Source of the DNA: Chthoniobacterales bacterium
GTDB taxonomy: Bacteria; Verrucomicrobiota; Verrucomicrobiia; Chthoniobacterales; UBA10450
Assembly (NCBI GenBank): GCA_036498205.1
Contig: DASXIC010000015.1
Coordinates: forward strand, 152-64,151
Direction of reading: 5' to 3'
DNA length: 64,000 nucleotides
Part shown: piece by piece, positions 43,535-52,417 of the stretch
How the letters are laid out: every line of letters starts with the position of its first letter
How positions within the stretch are numbered: the first letter of the stretch is position 1
The notes under the pieces: generated by a model
What the model was told of the DNA's origin: nothing
The model's input: only the letters and a program-made list of their open reading frames with translations
The model's database searches: none
Position numbers and translations under genes: made by a program

Positions 43535-45162
43535 TGGATGTGAAATGGGATGTCACTTTTCCGCTTCCTCTTCCCGATGATCCTAAAAAATGGGACGGCT
43601 GGAGCCGATACAAATCGCCCAACCCGTACGAGCGGCTCTGCCTGGATCCACGGCAGAATCCCAGCAACGAGCTGATCGAAGAGCATTGCCGGGAGCTGTT
43701 GCGCTGGTGGCAGAAAAAGCTCCCGCTGAAGAACCAACCAAGTAATCCACTGGCGCAGTTATTGCGCTCCGGTCTGGATGAATCGTCCCGATATCTGACC
43801 GAAGCGCGCGTAGAGCTGCTTGACCCCACGCGACGAAAACGGGTGGACGAGGAACTTGCCGCTCAAGCGCAGCAGGAGACCATTGCCGAATTCCAAAAAT
43901 TTCTCGCATTCTCACTCGCCGACGGGCTCCTCACCAACGACGAAGAGTCAACGCTGTTCAGGTTTGGGGCCGATCACGGGCTAAACGAGGAGCAAATGCA
44001 CCTGTTTATTGAGCAGGAATTAAAGGCAACCGGCGCGAGCCGGGCTGTGGAGCCCGCTTCTCCAGAGATCGCCGCTATCCAGTCCAATGGCGCCGAGGTT
44101 GTCGTCACCGATCCTAAAACGGAGTTCGTGAGAATGTTGCGACTAAGCGGCCTCGACAGCGAGGCAATGACCAACGACCAACGCGATGCCTTCATCAACG
44201 TAGCGGAGAATTCCGGCCTGGACCCCAGTGAAGCAGAGGACATGGTCGACGCCTATTTGGAAGAGGTCGATCAGCAGCAATCCGACCAGATAACGACGGC
44301 GACTCGACAATCTGTTTCGGTGGCGGTCGAGGCAGCAACGAAATCAACCAAGCCGAACGAGGAAGTCGCCAAGATACCTGCCGAGCGAACGCTGTCCCCC
44401 GACGAGGAACGTCGTCGGTTCAACAATTACGTGAATTCCGTTCGCGGCCAGATGTTCTTAATTCCTTCGAGCGAGTTCACCATGGGCAGCGACGCCGCGG
44501 AGGCCGCGCCGAATGAAAAGCCACAATTTCTGGTAACCGTAAGCCGGTTTTACATTTCCCGATTTCCAATTACGAACGAGCAATACGAGGAATTCGATCC
44601 CGGCCATAAGCGCAAGCGCGCTCCTGGCGCTGGTGAGCGGCATCCGGTCGTATACGTCAGCAGCCTTGATGCGATGCGATTCTGCCAGTGGCTCAGCGCG
44701 CGCGAGCGAAAAAAATATCGACTACCGACCGAAGCAGAGTGGGAGTACGCCGCCAAAGGAAATGACGGCCGACAATTTCCCTGGGGAAATTTCGCTCGGC
44801 GCGGCGATCTCGCAAACTTTGCCGACAAGAATACTGTGTTTGCCTGGAGCGACCCGGAAATCGACGATGGTTTCGCGGAGAGCTCACCCGTAGGATCGTT
44901 TCCACGAGGGGCAAGCCCGTTTGGGGTCGAAGACATGGCCGGGAACGTGTGGGAATGGTGTCTTGATTATTTTGAGCACTATAAAGCAACCCCAAAATCT
45001 AACCCACGCGGTCCCAGCACGGGTTCCAAACGCGTTTATCGCGGAGGAAGCTGGAAGTCTCGTTTTGCCACTTTGCGCACGACTGCACGTAGCGCGAACG
45101 CGCCGAATTATTCCTGCAACGATCTGGGCTTCAGGATTGTTTGCGAATGCGAAGCTAAGTGA
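43531..45162 (+). CDS. J-like domain (no HPD) / helical repeat / FGE-sulfatase-like (SUMF1 family, catalytic Cys pair absent) protein
   Basis: ATGA overlap with the Hsp70 stop. The N-terminus reads NPYERLCLDPRQNPSNELIEEHCRELLRWWQKK. The C-terminus has RLPTEAEWEYAAKG, GNVWEWCLD, YRGGSW and LGFRIV, but ...GGSWKSRFATLRTTARS... has no CxxxxC. Confidence 0.7.
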   Translation: MMDVKWDVTFPLPLPDDPKKWDGWSRYKSPNPYERLCLDPRQNPSNELIEEHCRELLRWWQKKLPLKNQPSNPLAQLLRSGLDESSRYLTEARVELLDPTRRKRVDEELAAQAQQETIAEFQKFLAFSLADGLLTNDEESTLFRFGADHGLNEEQMHLFIEQELKATGASRAVEPASPEIAAIQSNGAEVVVTDPKTEFVRMLRLSGLDSEAMTNDQRDAFINVAENSGLDPSEAEDMVDAYLEEVDQQQSDQITTATRQSVSVAVEAATKSTKPNEEVAKIPAERTLSPDEERRRFNNYVNSVRGQMFLIPSSEFTMGSDAAEAAPNEKPQFLVTVSRFYISRFPITNEQYEEFDPGHKRKRAPGAGERHPVVYVSSLDAMRFCQWLSARERKKYRLPTEAEWEYAAKGNDGRQFPWGNFARRGDLANFADKNTVFAWSDPEIDDGFAESSPVGSFPRGASPFGVEDMAGNVWEWCLDYFEHYKATPKSNPRGPSTGSKRVYRGGSWKSRFATLRTTARSANAPNYSCNDLGFRIVCECEAK

Positions 45163-45208
45163 CAATCATTCTCGCTCAGCTTTTCGACATGCGCGATAGC
45201 TTGAGGCG

Positions 45209-45232
45209 AAAAACGCGGCTCTTCGCCGCGTT
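45209..45232 (-). terminator. Intrinsic terminator downstream of rpsU
   Basis: On the minus strand, a stem CGCGGC/GCCGCG (loop GAAGA) is followed by TTTTT. It begins ~29 nt after the rpsU stop and lies between convergent genes. Confidence 0.55.
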
Positions 45233-45258
45233 CCGAAAACGATCTCAGGCGTGGAAAA

Positions 45259-45453
45259 TCAGGGGTTAAATCGGAATTTGGTCCGACCCCGTTTCGCATT
45301 TGCCTTTGCCTTACGCCTGCTCTTTTGCGATGGCGTTTCAAACGCTCGCAGGCGGCGCACTTCGTCGAGAATGCCCTCGGCGTCCAGCTTGCTTTTCAGC
45401 CGCTTAAGCGCGCGATCTACCGGCTCGCCTTTTCGAACTATGACTTCTGGCAT
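45259..45453 (-). CDS. rpsU: 30S ribosomal protein S21
   Basis: MPEVIVRKGEPVDRALKRLKSKL...RAFETPSQKSRRK. GAGGTG lies 7 nt upstream of the ATG. Confidence 0.9.
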   Translation of the reverse strand: MPEVIVRKGEPVDRALKRLKSKLDAEGILDEVRRLRAFETPSQKSRRKAKANAKRGRTKFRFNP

Positions 45454-45576
45454 TAATTCACCTCGATCCTGGGAACGTGGCCCCGACTCTTGGAGCGGAC
45501 GGAGGATACCGCAGACGCCTATCTCCAGTCAAATCGGGAAGGAATTACCGGCGCGAACCCATGGTTTCGAGGCTTT

Positions 45577-47934
45577 TTAGGTCGCCGCAGCCGGTTTTGT
45601 GCCGGCTTGTTTCTCCCTTACTTCACGGCGCAGCGAGCTAGTGCTGCCCCCGCGGGCCCGGGTCCACCAAAGCACGATCGGTGACGCGATGAAAATGGAG
45701 GAATAGGTTCCTACGACCACGCCAATGATAATAGCGAGGGAGAAATCGCGCAGAACCGCGCCTCCGAAAAGAAACAGGCACAGAATGGGTATCAACGTCA
45801 CTGTACTGGTCAGAATCGTCCGGCTGAGTGTCTGATTGATGCTCTCGTTCATGATCTGTTCGATGGAACCCTTGCGGCCACTGGCCAATCCTTCACGGAT
45901 CCGATCGTAAACGACAATGGTGTCGTTGATCGAATATCCGGCGATCGTCAGCACTGCTCCGACCATGGTGAGCGTGAGCTCGCGGTGAAGGAGCGAAAAC
46001 ATCCCGACCGTAATCAACACGTCATGTAATAAGGCAACGATTGCCCCGACGGCGAACGAAAGCTCGAAACGGAAAGTGACGAAAATCAGGATGCCGAGAA
46101 TGCCCAGGCCAAGAGCGATGAGCGAACTGCGGGCCAACTCGCCCCCGACCAGGGCACCCACCCGTTCGGCTCCTTCCACCTTGAATTGTGCTTGCGGCAT
46201 CGCACTCATGATTTGTTTCTCGACCGTATCGCTCGTGTGCAGAGGCGTGCGAACAGTGATGTAATATTTGTCGCCCTGTTTTGATTCCTGGATTGCCGCG
46301 TCTGCCAGATTGATTTGCTTGAGCGCGCCGCGCACCTGGCCGACATCGATTGGCTGAGGCGAGCTTAGGGTGATCAAATCGCCTCCACGAAAATCAACCC
46401 CGAAATTCTTTTCGCCGCGCAGGTAGAACGAAGTCGCGCCAGCGATAATGAGGGCGAGAGAGCACATGCACGCGATAAGGCCTTTGCCTAGGAAATCGAT
46501 GTTCTTGGACGAGATCAGATGCAGCATCCTGATTTTCTTTACCCGACCGGTATCGACAAACCATTCGAAGAGGTTGCGCCCGACGATGAGCGCGGTGAAA
46601 AGCGACGCGAGGATGCCGAGAGTCAAAGAGATGGCAAATCCTTTGATCGGGCCACTCGCTTTCCAAAATAAAATCACGGCCGTGATCAGTGTGGTTACAT
46701 TTGCGTCGAAAATTGAGCTGAAAGCTTTTTCATAGGCTGCTTGCACCGCGACCTTGAGCGATTTTCCGAGCGCAAGCTCTTCACGCAGTCGCTCGTAAAC
46801 GAGAACACTGGCATCGACCGACAAACCAATTGTCAGAATAATGCCGGCAATACCCGGCAGAGTAAGAACGAAACGGAACATGGTCAGCGCCCCGAGAAGG
46901 AGAATGAGGTTGATGATGACGCAGAAGCACGCGATCAGGCCGGCGAACTGATAGTAAATTGAGACGAGCACGAGGGTGATCGCCAGCCCCACCAGACCGG
47001 CCAGAACGCTGGCTCTAATCGAATCCGCTCCCAGCGTCGGCGATACGCTCCGCTCTTCTTCAATCGTAACCGGGGTTTGCAACGGGTTTTCCAATACGCT
47101 GGCCAACTGCCGCGCCTCCTGTTCCGAGAAACGCCCCGTAATGACCGCGTCTCCACCGTAAATCGCATCGCGAATCACCGGTGCCGACTGGATGACGTTA
47201 TCCAGGACAATGGCGAAACGATGACCTTTGTATTGCTCGGTGATTCGGCCAAATGTCTTCGCCCCTTCGCCATCGAATTTCAGCTGTACCGCCCAGCCCT
47301 CGTTGCCGTAATAGGCATGGGATTCCGAAACATGCTCGCCGCCGAGATCGGCCTTCTTTTTGACCAACAAGCGCTCCTGATGCTGTTTTGGCGGGCCCTG
47401 TTCTTCCGTTCCCTCGGCTCGCAGGTTATAGGTTTCGATTCGATACTCAGGCGGGATCACTTCCGTTCCCTTGTCGATCCCCTGTAGCCGCTCTCCGTTG
47501 TCCGGATAGACCAGACGAAACTCCAGTTTGGCTACGCGGGAAAGTTGATCACGCGCTTCCTGGATTTTCGCCGTATCGAGTCCGGGAATTTGCACCAGAA
47601 TCCGGTCGGCACCCACCGGACTGATGATTGGTTCTCCACCACCGAAATAATCAACGCGCTTTCGGATTACTTCGACGGCCTGATCAAGCATTGCCGTGGT
47701 AATCGGTTTGTCGGTCTGCTGAAGCTTAATCAGGAATGAAGTCCCGCCTTTGATATCGAGGCCGAGAGCAATTTTTTTTCCTGGCGGCCAAATGGTGGCA
47801 ATGCTGAAGGCGACCAGCAGCACCATCAGCAAGGTGGCCAGCAACCGTTTGCGCAGTCCGTAATCAGTCGCGAAATACCACCCGAAAAGAACAAGCAACA
47901 AAAGTCCGATGAAAAAAGTCAGCGCCGGAGTCAT
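45577..47934 (-). CDS. secDF: Protein translocase subunit SecDF (fused)
   Basis: 785 aa. The SecD periplasmic domain plus 12 TM helices, with GLDIKGG and duplicated SecD/SecF TM blocks (TLPGIAGIILTIGLSVDA..., VGAVLTIAGYSINDTIVVYDRIRE). Confidence 0.9.
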   Translation of the reverse strand: MTPALTFFIGLLLLVLFGWYFATDYGLRKRLLATLLMVLLVAFSIATIWPPGKKIALGLDIKGGTSFLIKLQQTDKPITTAMLDQAVEVIRKRVDYFGGGEPIISPVGADRILVQIPGLDTAKIQEARDQLSRVAKLEFRLVYPDNGERLQGIDKGTEVIPPEYRIETYNLRAEGTEEQGPPKQHQERLLVKKKADLGGEHVSESHAYYGNEGWAVQLKFDGEGAKTFGRITEQYKGHRFAIVLDNVIQSAPVIRDAIYGGDAVITGRFSEQEARQLASVLENPLQTPVTIEEERSVSPTLGADSIRASVLAGLVGLAITLVLVSIYYQFAGLIACFCVIINLILLLGALTMFRFVLTLPGIAGIILTIGLSVDASVLVYERLREELALGKSLKVAVQAAYEKAFSSIFDANVTTLITAVILFWKASGPIKGFAISLTLGILASLFTALIVGRNLFEWFVDTGRVKKIRMLHLISSKNIDFLGKGLIACMCSLALIIAGATSFYLRGEKNFGVDFRGGDLITLSSPQPIDVGQVRGALKQINLADAAIQESKQGDKYYITVRTPLHTSDTVEKQIMSAMPQAQFKVEGAERVGALVGGELARSSLIALGLGILGILIFVTFRFELSFAVGAIVALLHDVLITVGMFSLLHRELTLTMVGAVLTIAGYSINDTIVVYDRIREGLASGRKGSIEQIMNESINQTLSRTILTSTVTLIPILCLFLFGGAVLRDFSLAIIIGVVVGTYSSIFIASPIVLWWTRARGGSTSSLRREVREKQAGTKPAAAT

Positions 47935-47949
47935 CTGCCTGGGCTTAAA

Positions 47950-48270
47950 TTATTCCGATTTGGCAACGCTGGTGATGGCGGATTTTTCCATCTCAATCTT
48001 TACGTTGTCGGCCACTTTTACCACGACGGTAGAATCTTTCACATTAGCGATTAAACCGTGAATGCCTGAGCTCGTCACCACTTTGTCCCCCGTTTTCAGG
48101 GCCCCGATCAGCTTTTGCTGTTCCTTTTGCCGCCGCATCTGGGGCCGGATCATGATGAAATACATGATCACGAAAATGAAAATGAACGGGACAAAAAATC
48201 CAAAGCCCCCGCTTGCGCCGGACGCGCCGGCAGGCGCCGCCGATGTTTGAGCAAGTAAGAAAGTCAACAT
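47950..48270 (-). CDS. yajC: Preprotein translocase subunit YajC
   Basis: FIFIFVIMYFIMIRPQMRRQKEQQKLIGALKTGDKVVTSSGIHG. The start is set at MLTF (48270). Confidence 0.85.
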   Translation of the reverse strand: MLTFLLAQTSAAPAGASGASGGFGFFVPFIFIFVIMYFIMIRPQMRRQKEQQKLIGALKTGDKVVTSSGIHGLIANVKDSTVVVKVADNVKIEMEKSAITSVAKSE

Positions 48271-48306
48271 GAGATGCGGAGGAAAAGAGGGGCACAATTG
48301 AATCCA

Positions 48307-49953
48307 ATGCGCTCTGCAATGCAACCACGGCCCGAGGCGGCTTCATTGAACGGTCTGAGAAAAGTGCCAGCCCAGATTTTACTTTTCTTTGCAACCGTCG
48401 CGACGCTCACGCCATTTCTGAACAAAGCCTTTCATATCGACGATCCGCTTTTTTTATGGATGGCGGGCCAGATCAGACGGCATCCGTTCGATCCCTATGG
48501 GTTCAATGTGAACTGGATCGGCGCGCCTGAGCCAATGTGGAGCGCCATGCAAAATCCGCCGCTCTGTTCCTATTTTATCGCCGCCTTCACAGGGGTGACA
48601 GGTGAGAACGAGATCGCATTGCATGCACTTTTTCTCATCTGGGCTGCAGTGGCCGTACTCGCCGTCTTCGCGATCGCGCGTCGCTTCTGTCAGCCGCCCA
48701 CAACGGCGGCGCTCCTGGCCCTGTTCACCCCGGTCTTCCTTGTTTCGGCCACCAACGTCATGTGCGATGTAATGTTGCTTGCTCTCTATCTACTGGCGAT
48801 CGAGTGCTGGTTTATCGGTCTCGAGAAGAGAGGGTGGTGGCTCCTGTTCTTATCCAGCCTGTTGGCGTCGGCAGCCGCCCTGACAAAATATTTCGGGATC
48901 AGTGTCGTCGGCCTGCTCGCGGCCTACACCTTACTGCTGCAGTGGCGATCATGGCCGCGTCTATTTTGGCTGCTCTTGCCAGTTGCCATCACGATCGCCT
49001 ACGACGCCTGGACCAAGGCGAAATATGGGCACCCGCTTTTCACCGGGGCAACACATTACGCCCAAATGATTTCCGGCCGCTATGCCAATTCATTTCCGAA
49101 ACAATTTCTGCTCGGCTGTTCTTTCCTCGGTGGCTGTTTGTTCCCTGCAGTTTTTTTCCTGCGCCTGAAACCGAAGATTTTCCTGGGGGCCGCGATTCTC
49201 TCGGCTGTATCTCTCGGTTGCTTCTGGTTCTTTTTCTCACCGGGGAGTGATTTTGGTCGCAACTACTTTTTCGTCATTATCGAGGGTGGAATTTTTGCGG
49301 CCATCGGCTTGTGGCTTCTGGGGCTTGCCGGACTGGATTTCTGGCAGAAGCGCGATGCCGGTTCTTTTCTTCTTTTTCTGTGGATCATCGGAACTTTTGC
49401 CTTCTCCACATTCCTAAATTGGTCCGTAACCGCGCGGACGATATTGCCGATGGTGCCGGCGTGCGCGATCCTGATCGCGCGGCGATTCGTCGCCGGACGA
49501 GGATTTTCCTGGAAAACGGCAACGCAAATTGCGCTGGCCGCCATGGTGTCATTCACGATCGCCTTTGCGGACTACAGGGTTGCAAATACTGCCCGAGAAG
49601 CCGCGCATCAATTTGAGACGCAATTCCGCGCTGAGCCTGGTACAGTTTGGTTTCAAAGCCATTGGGGATTTCAATTTTACATGCAGCAGTGGGGCGCCCG
49701 TGCTCTGAACATGTTCAATTCAGAAATCACCACTGGCGACGTCATGGTAGTTCCGGCAAACAACACCGCCGTTTTAAATATTCCGCCGGAGAAAGTTTAT
49801 CCGCCGGAAGAAGTGAATTTTTCCACGCTGCCTTACTTCTCGACCATCGGCATAAGAACAGGCGCGAGTTTTTACAGCAGCGTTCGCGGTCCACTTCCCT
49901 GGATGTTCGGCCGCGCGCCGGCTGAGATGTACTACGTTGCCCGGTTTCGCTAG
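48307..49953 (+). CDS. GT-C fold glycosyltransferase (family 39 / ArnT-like)
   Basis: Polytopic, with the first-loop motif NKAFHIDDPLFLW and a soluble C-terminal ~110 aa. The start is uncertain (ATG at 48307 chosen). The stop abuts the convergent tgt stop with zero gap. Confidence 0.6.
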   Translation: MRSAMQPRPEAASLNGLRKVPAQILLFFATVATLTPFLNKAFHIDDPLFLWMAGQIRRHPFDPYGFNVNWIGAPEPMWSAMQNPPLCSYFIAAFTGVTGENEIALHALFLIWAAVAVLAVFAIARRFCQPPTTAALLALFTPVFLVSATNVMCDVMLLALYLLAIECWFIGLEKRGWWLLFLSSLLASAAALTKYFGISVVGLLAAYTLLLQWRSWPRLFWLLLPVAITIAYDAWTKAKYGHPLFTGATHYAQMISGRYANSFPKQFLLGCSFLGGCLFPAVFFLRLKPKIFLGAAILSAVSLGCFWFFFSPGSDFGRNYFFVIIEGGIFAAIGLWLLGLAGLDFWQKRDAGSFLLFLWIIGTFAFSTFLNWSVTARTILPMVPACAILIARRFVAGRGFSWKTATQIALAAMVSFTIAFADYRVANTAREAAHQFETQFRAEPGTVWFQSHWGFQFYMQQWGARALNMFNSEITTGDVMVVPANNTAVLNIPPEKVYPPEEVNFSTLPYFSTIGIRTGASFYSSVRGPLPWMFGRAPAEMYYVARFR

Positions 49954-51114
49954 TTAAACCGTTTCTGCGGACCGAGTGCGATAGCCAGAGACAAACTCTG
50001 CCCGGAAGGCGGCGAACTGGCCGCCCTCGATTGCTTCTCGTGCCTGGCGCATCAGCTCGAGGTAAAAATGCAGGTTGTGCAGCGTGATTAATCGAAGACC
50101 GAGAATTTCCTCCGCCTTGACCAAATGGCGGATGTAACCCCGGGCGAACTCGCGACATGCCGGACAGCCGCAGTTCTCTTCGATCGGGCGAGTATCAAAA
50201 GTGAACTCTGCGTTTTTTAAATTGATCGTGCCCGCCGGGGTAAAGGCCGTTCCGTTGCGCGCCAGACGTGTCGGCAAAACGCAATCGAACATATCGATCC
50301 CGCGCGCGATCATTTCCAACAACTGTGGTGGTGTGCCCAAACCCATGGCATACCGCGGCTTGTCTTCCGGCAAGAACGGCACACTCGATTCCACTGCCTT
50401 CATCATTTCATTTTCCGGCTCACCCACGCTGACACCGCCAATGGCATAACCATCAAAATCAAGCTCGACGACTGCCTCCGCCCCTTGCCGTCGCAATTCC
50501 GGAAACGTTGCGCCTTGGATAATTCCAAAAATCAACTGAGTGGCACGGGCATCCTGAGAAGGGTTTTGAGCGCGACTTTCCCTGGAAACCAGCGTCGCGT
50601 TTTTGCATCGTTGTGCCCACTTGGTCGTCAATTCCAAACTGCGTGCGGCGTAATCGTAATCGCATGGATACGGGGCGCATTCGTCAAGGACCATTGCGAT
50701 GTCGCTACCGAGAGTCGCCTGAATTTCCATGGCAATTTCCGGGGAAATGAAGGTCGGCGTTCCGTCCAGGTGATTTTGAAAATGCACACCTTCCGACGTC
50801 AGGTTGCGCAATTTTGCCAGGGAAAAAATCTGGTAACCGCCGCTATCGGTCAGGATCGGGCCGTTCCAATTCATGAACCGATGCAGTCCGCTGAAACGCC
50901 GGATCACTTCGAGCCCCGGCCGCACGTACAAGTGGTAGGTATTTCCCAAAATGACCTGGGCTTGCAGTTCTCGCAGTTCTCGCGGACTCACGGCTTTGAC
51001 GCTTCCCTGGGTGCCGATCGGCATAAATGCCGGAGTATCGATCGCGCCGTGCGCGGTATTCAATCGGCCAAGGCGGGCTTCGGTTCGCGAATCAGTTTTG
51101 AGCAGTTCAAACAT
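49954..51114 (-). CDS. tgt: tRNA-guanine transglycosylase (queuine tRNA-ribosyltransferase)
   Basis: TPAFMPIGTQGSVK, LGNTYHL, DSGGYQ, and the Zn site CGCPACREF...H. The start is set at MFELLK (51114). Confidence 0.9.
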   Translation of the reverse strand: MFELLKTDSRTEARLGRLNTAHGAIDTPAFMPIGTQGSVKAVSPRELRELQAQVILGNTYHLYVRPGLEVIRRFSGLHRFMNWNGPILTDSGGYQIFSLAKLRNLTSEGVHFQNHLDGTPTFISPEIAMEIQATLGSDIAMVLDECAPYPCDYDYAARSLELTTKWAQRCKNATLVSRESRAQNPSQDARATQLIFGIIQGATFPELRRQGAEAVVELDFDGYAIGGVSVGEPENEMMKAVESSVPFLPEDKPRYAMGLGTPPQLLEMIARGIDMFDCVLPTRLARNGTAFTPAGTINLKNAEFTFDTRPIEENCGCPACREFARGYIRHLVKAEEILGLRLITLHNLHFYLELMRQAREAIEGGQFAAFRAEFVSGYRTRSAETV

Positions 51115-51323
51115 GTAAATTATGGCGACGAGCAGGTCGCACTGTCGAACTTTGCACGCAATCGCTTTTCCCAGTGAGATTGCGTGGAAAAAATTCTTTG
51201 CAGGCCCAGCATTTATTCCTATATTGCGCGCTCTCCGCATCAGAGCGTGAGCACGGGTTCACGGCCTGAGCGGATTTTTTGTCGCCGGAACATAATCCTT
51301 CGCGGCGACTTGTTTGACCGGAA

Positions 51324-51734
51324 ATGCCAACCATTAATCAACTTGTGCGGAAAGGACGCCGGAAGGTGTCGGTGAAATCAAAGTCGCCGGCCCTGACCGA
51401 TTGTCCGCAGCGGCGTGGAGTGTGTGTGCAAGTAATGACACGCACCCCGAAGAAGCCGAATTCTGCCTTGCGCAAGGTGGCCAAGGTCAGGCTGACGAAT
51501 GGCCAGGAAGTGATCGCTTACATTCCGGGCGAGGGACACAATTTACAAGAACACTCGATTGTCCTGGTTCGCGGCGGTCGCGTGAAAGATTTGCCCGGTG
51601 TGCGTTATCATATCGTGCGGGGAACGCTCGACTCGCTTGGCGTTGATGGAAGGCGGCGTAGCCGCTCCAAGTACGGTGCAAAGCGGCCCAAAGCCGGCGG
51701 AGCCGAAGCGACCAAGGGAGGCGCCAAGAAATAG
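51324..51734 (+). CDS. rpsL: 30S ribosomal protein S12
   Basis: [12 protein letters not shown]...[11 protein letters not shown]...[13 protein letters not shown], with a ~12-aa basic C-terminal extension. Confidence 0.95.
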   Translation: MPTINQLVRKGRRKVSVKSKSPALTDCPQRRGVCVQVMTRTPKKPNSALRKVAKVRLTNGQEVIAYIPGEGHNLQEHSIVLVRGGRVKDLPGVRYHIVRGTLDSLGVDGRRRSRSKYGAKRPKAGGAEATKGGAKK

Positions 51735-51736
51735 CC

Positions 51737-52210
51737 ATGTCGCGCCGCCGCAAAGTTTATAAAAAGGAAGAGAGAGTCGATTCCCGCTACGGAAGTCCGG
51801 CCGTGGCGCGTTTGATTTCTACTGTAATGAAGCGCGGTAAGAAATCGCTGGCGGAACGGATCGTCTATACCGCAATCGACAAATCTCGCGAAGGATCGGA
51901 CGCGGTTGATCCGCTCGAAGTTTTAAACAAGGCGCTGGAAAATGTGCGCCCTCGTCTCGAAGTAAAATCGCGCCGTGTTGGCGGTGCCACTTATCAGGTC
52001 CCCATGGAGGTGACGCCGGCGCGTCAGGTCTCGCTCGCGATGCGCTGGATCGTGCAGTACGCGGATAACCGTCGTGGTCAGCCGATGGCTGACGCACTCG
52101 CACAGGAGATCAAGGACGCGGCCGCGGGGCAGGGGAACGCGATTAAGAAGCGCGAAGACACCCACAAAATGGCGCAAGCCAATCGCGCGTTTGCGCATTT
52201 CCGCTGGTAA
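51737..52210 (+). CDS. rpsG: 30S ribosomal protein S7
   Basis: [13 protein letters not shown]...[11 protein letters not shown]...[10 protein letters not shown]. Confidence 0.95.
   Translation: MSRRRKVYKKEERVDSRYGSPAVARLISTVMKRGKKSLAERIVYTAIDKSREGSDAVDPLEVLNKALENVRPRLEVKSRRVGGATYQVPMEVTPARQVSLAMRWIVQYADNRRGQPMADALAQEIKDAAAGQGNAIKKREDTHKMAQANRAFAHFRW
52179..52210 (+). repeat. Direct repeat copy 1 (3' end of rpsG including the stop codon)
   Basis: CCAATCGCGCGTTTGCGCATTTCCGCTGGTAA. It is repeated at 52382-52413 with 30 of 32 identical positions. Confidence 0.85.
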
Positions 52211-52248
52211 TGATGAATACCTTGCGCACTCACCAATTTTCTAACGTG

Positions 52249-52374
52249 GTCATCCTGAATCGCGTAGACGGCGAAGGATCTCGCGCTCGGAATTCGGTCA
52301 CGCATCCGACGGTTGGGTGTGCTGTCGATCCCGTGAGAGATTCTTCGACTTCGCTCCGCTCCGCTCAGAATGAC
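52249..52374. repeat. REPIN/MITE-like inverted-repeat element, copy C (in the rpsG-fusA spacer)
   Basis: Left arm GTCATCCTGAATCGCGTAGACGGCGAAGGATCTC. Right arm GAGATTCTTCGACTTCGCTCCGCTCCGCTCAGAATGAC, which is the reverse complement of the GTCATTCTGAGCGGAGCG... motif. Confidence 0.7.
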
Positions 52375-52381
52375 AGATGGT

Positions 52382-52413
52382 CCAATCGCGCGTTTGCGCA
52401 CTTTCGCTGGTAA
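52382..52413 (+). repeat. Direct repeat copy 2 (duplicate of the rpsG 3' end, non-coding)
   Basis: CCAATCGCGCGTTTGCGCACTTTCGCTGGTAA, ending 4 nt before the fusA ATG. Confidence 0.85.
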
Positions 52414-52417
52414 TTTT

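Noticed and set aside
52210-52413. A 67-aa ORF in the rpsG-fusA spacer whose start overlaps the rpsG stop (TAATG) and which ends in NRAFAHFRW.
   Set aside because: Its sequence is a read-through of repeat copy C plus the duplicated rpsG 3' end (VILNRVDGEGS…SAQNDR…). It is better explained as an insertion or duplication scar than as a gene, though translation was not excluded.
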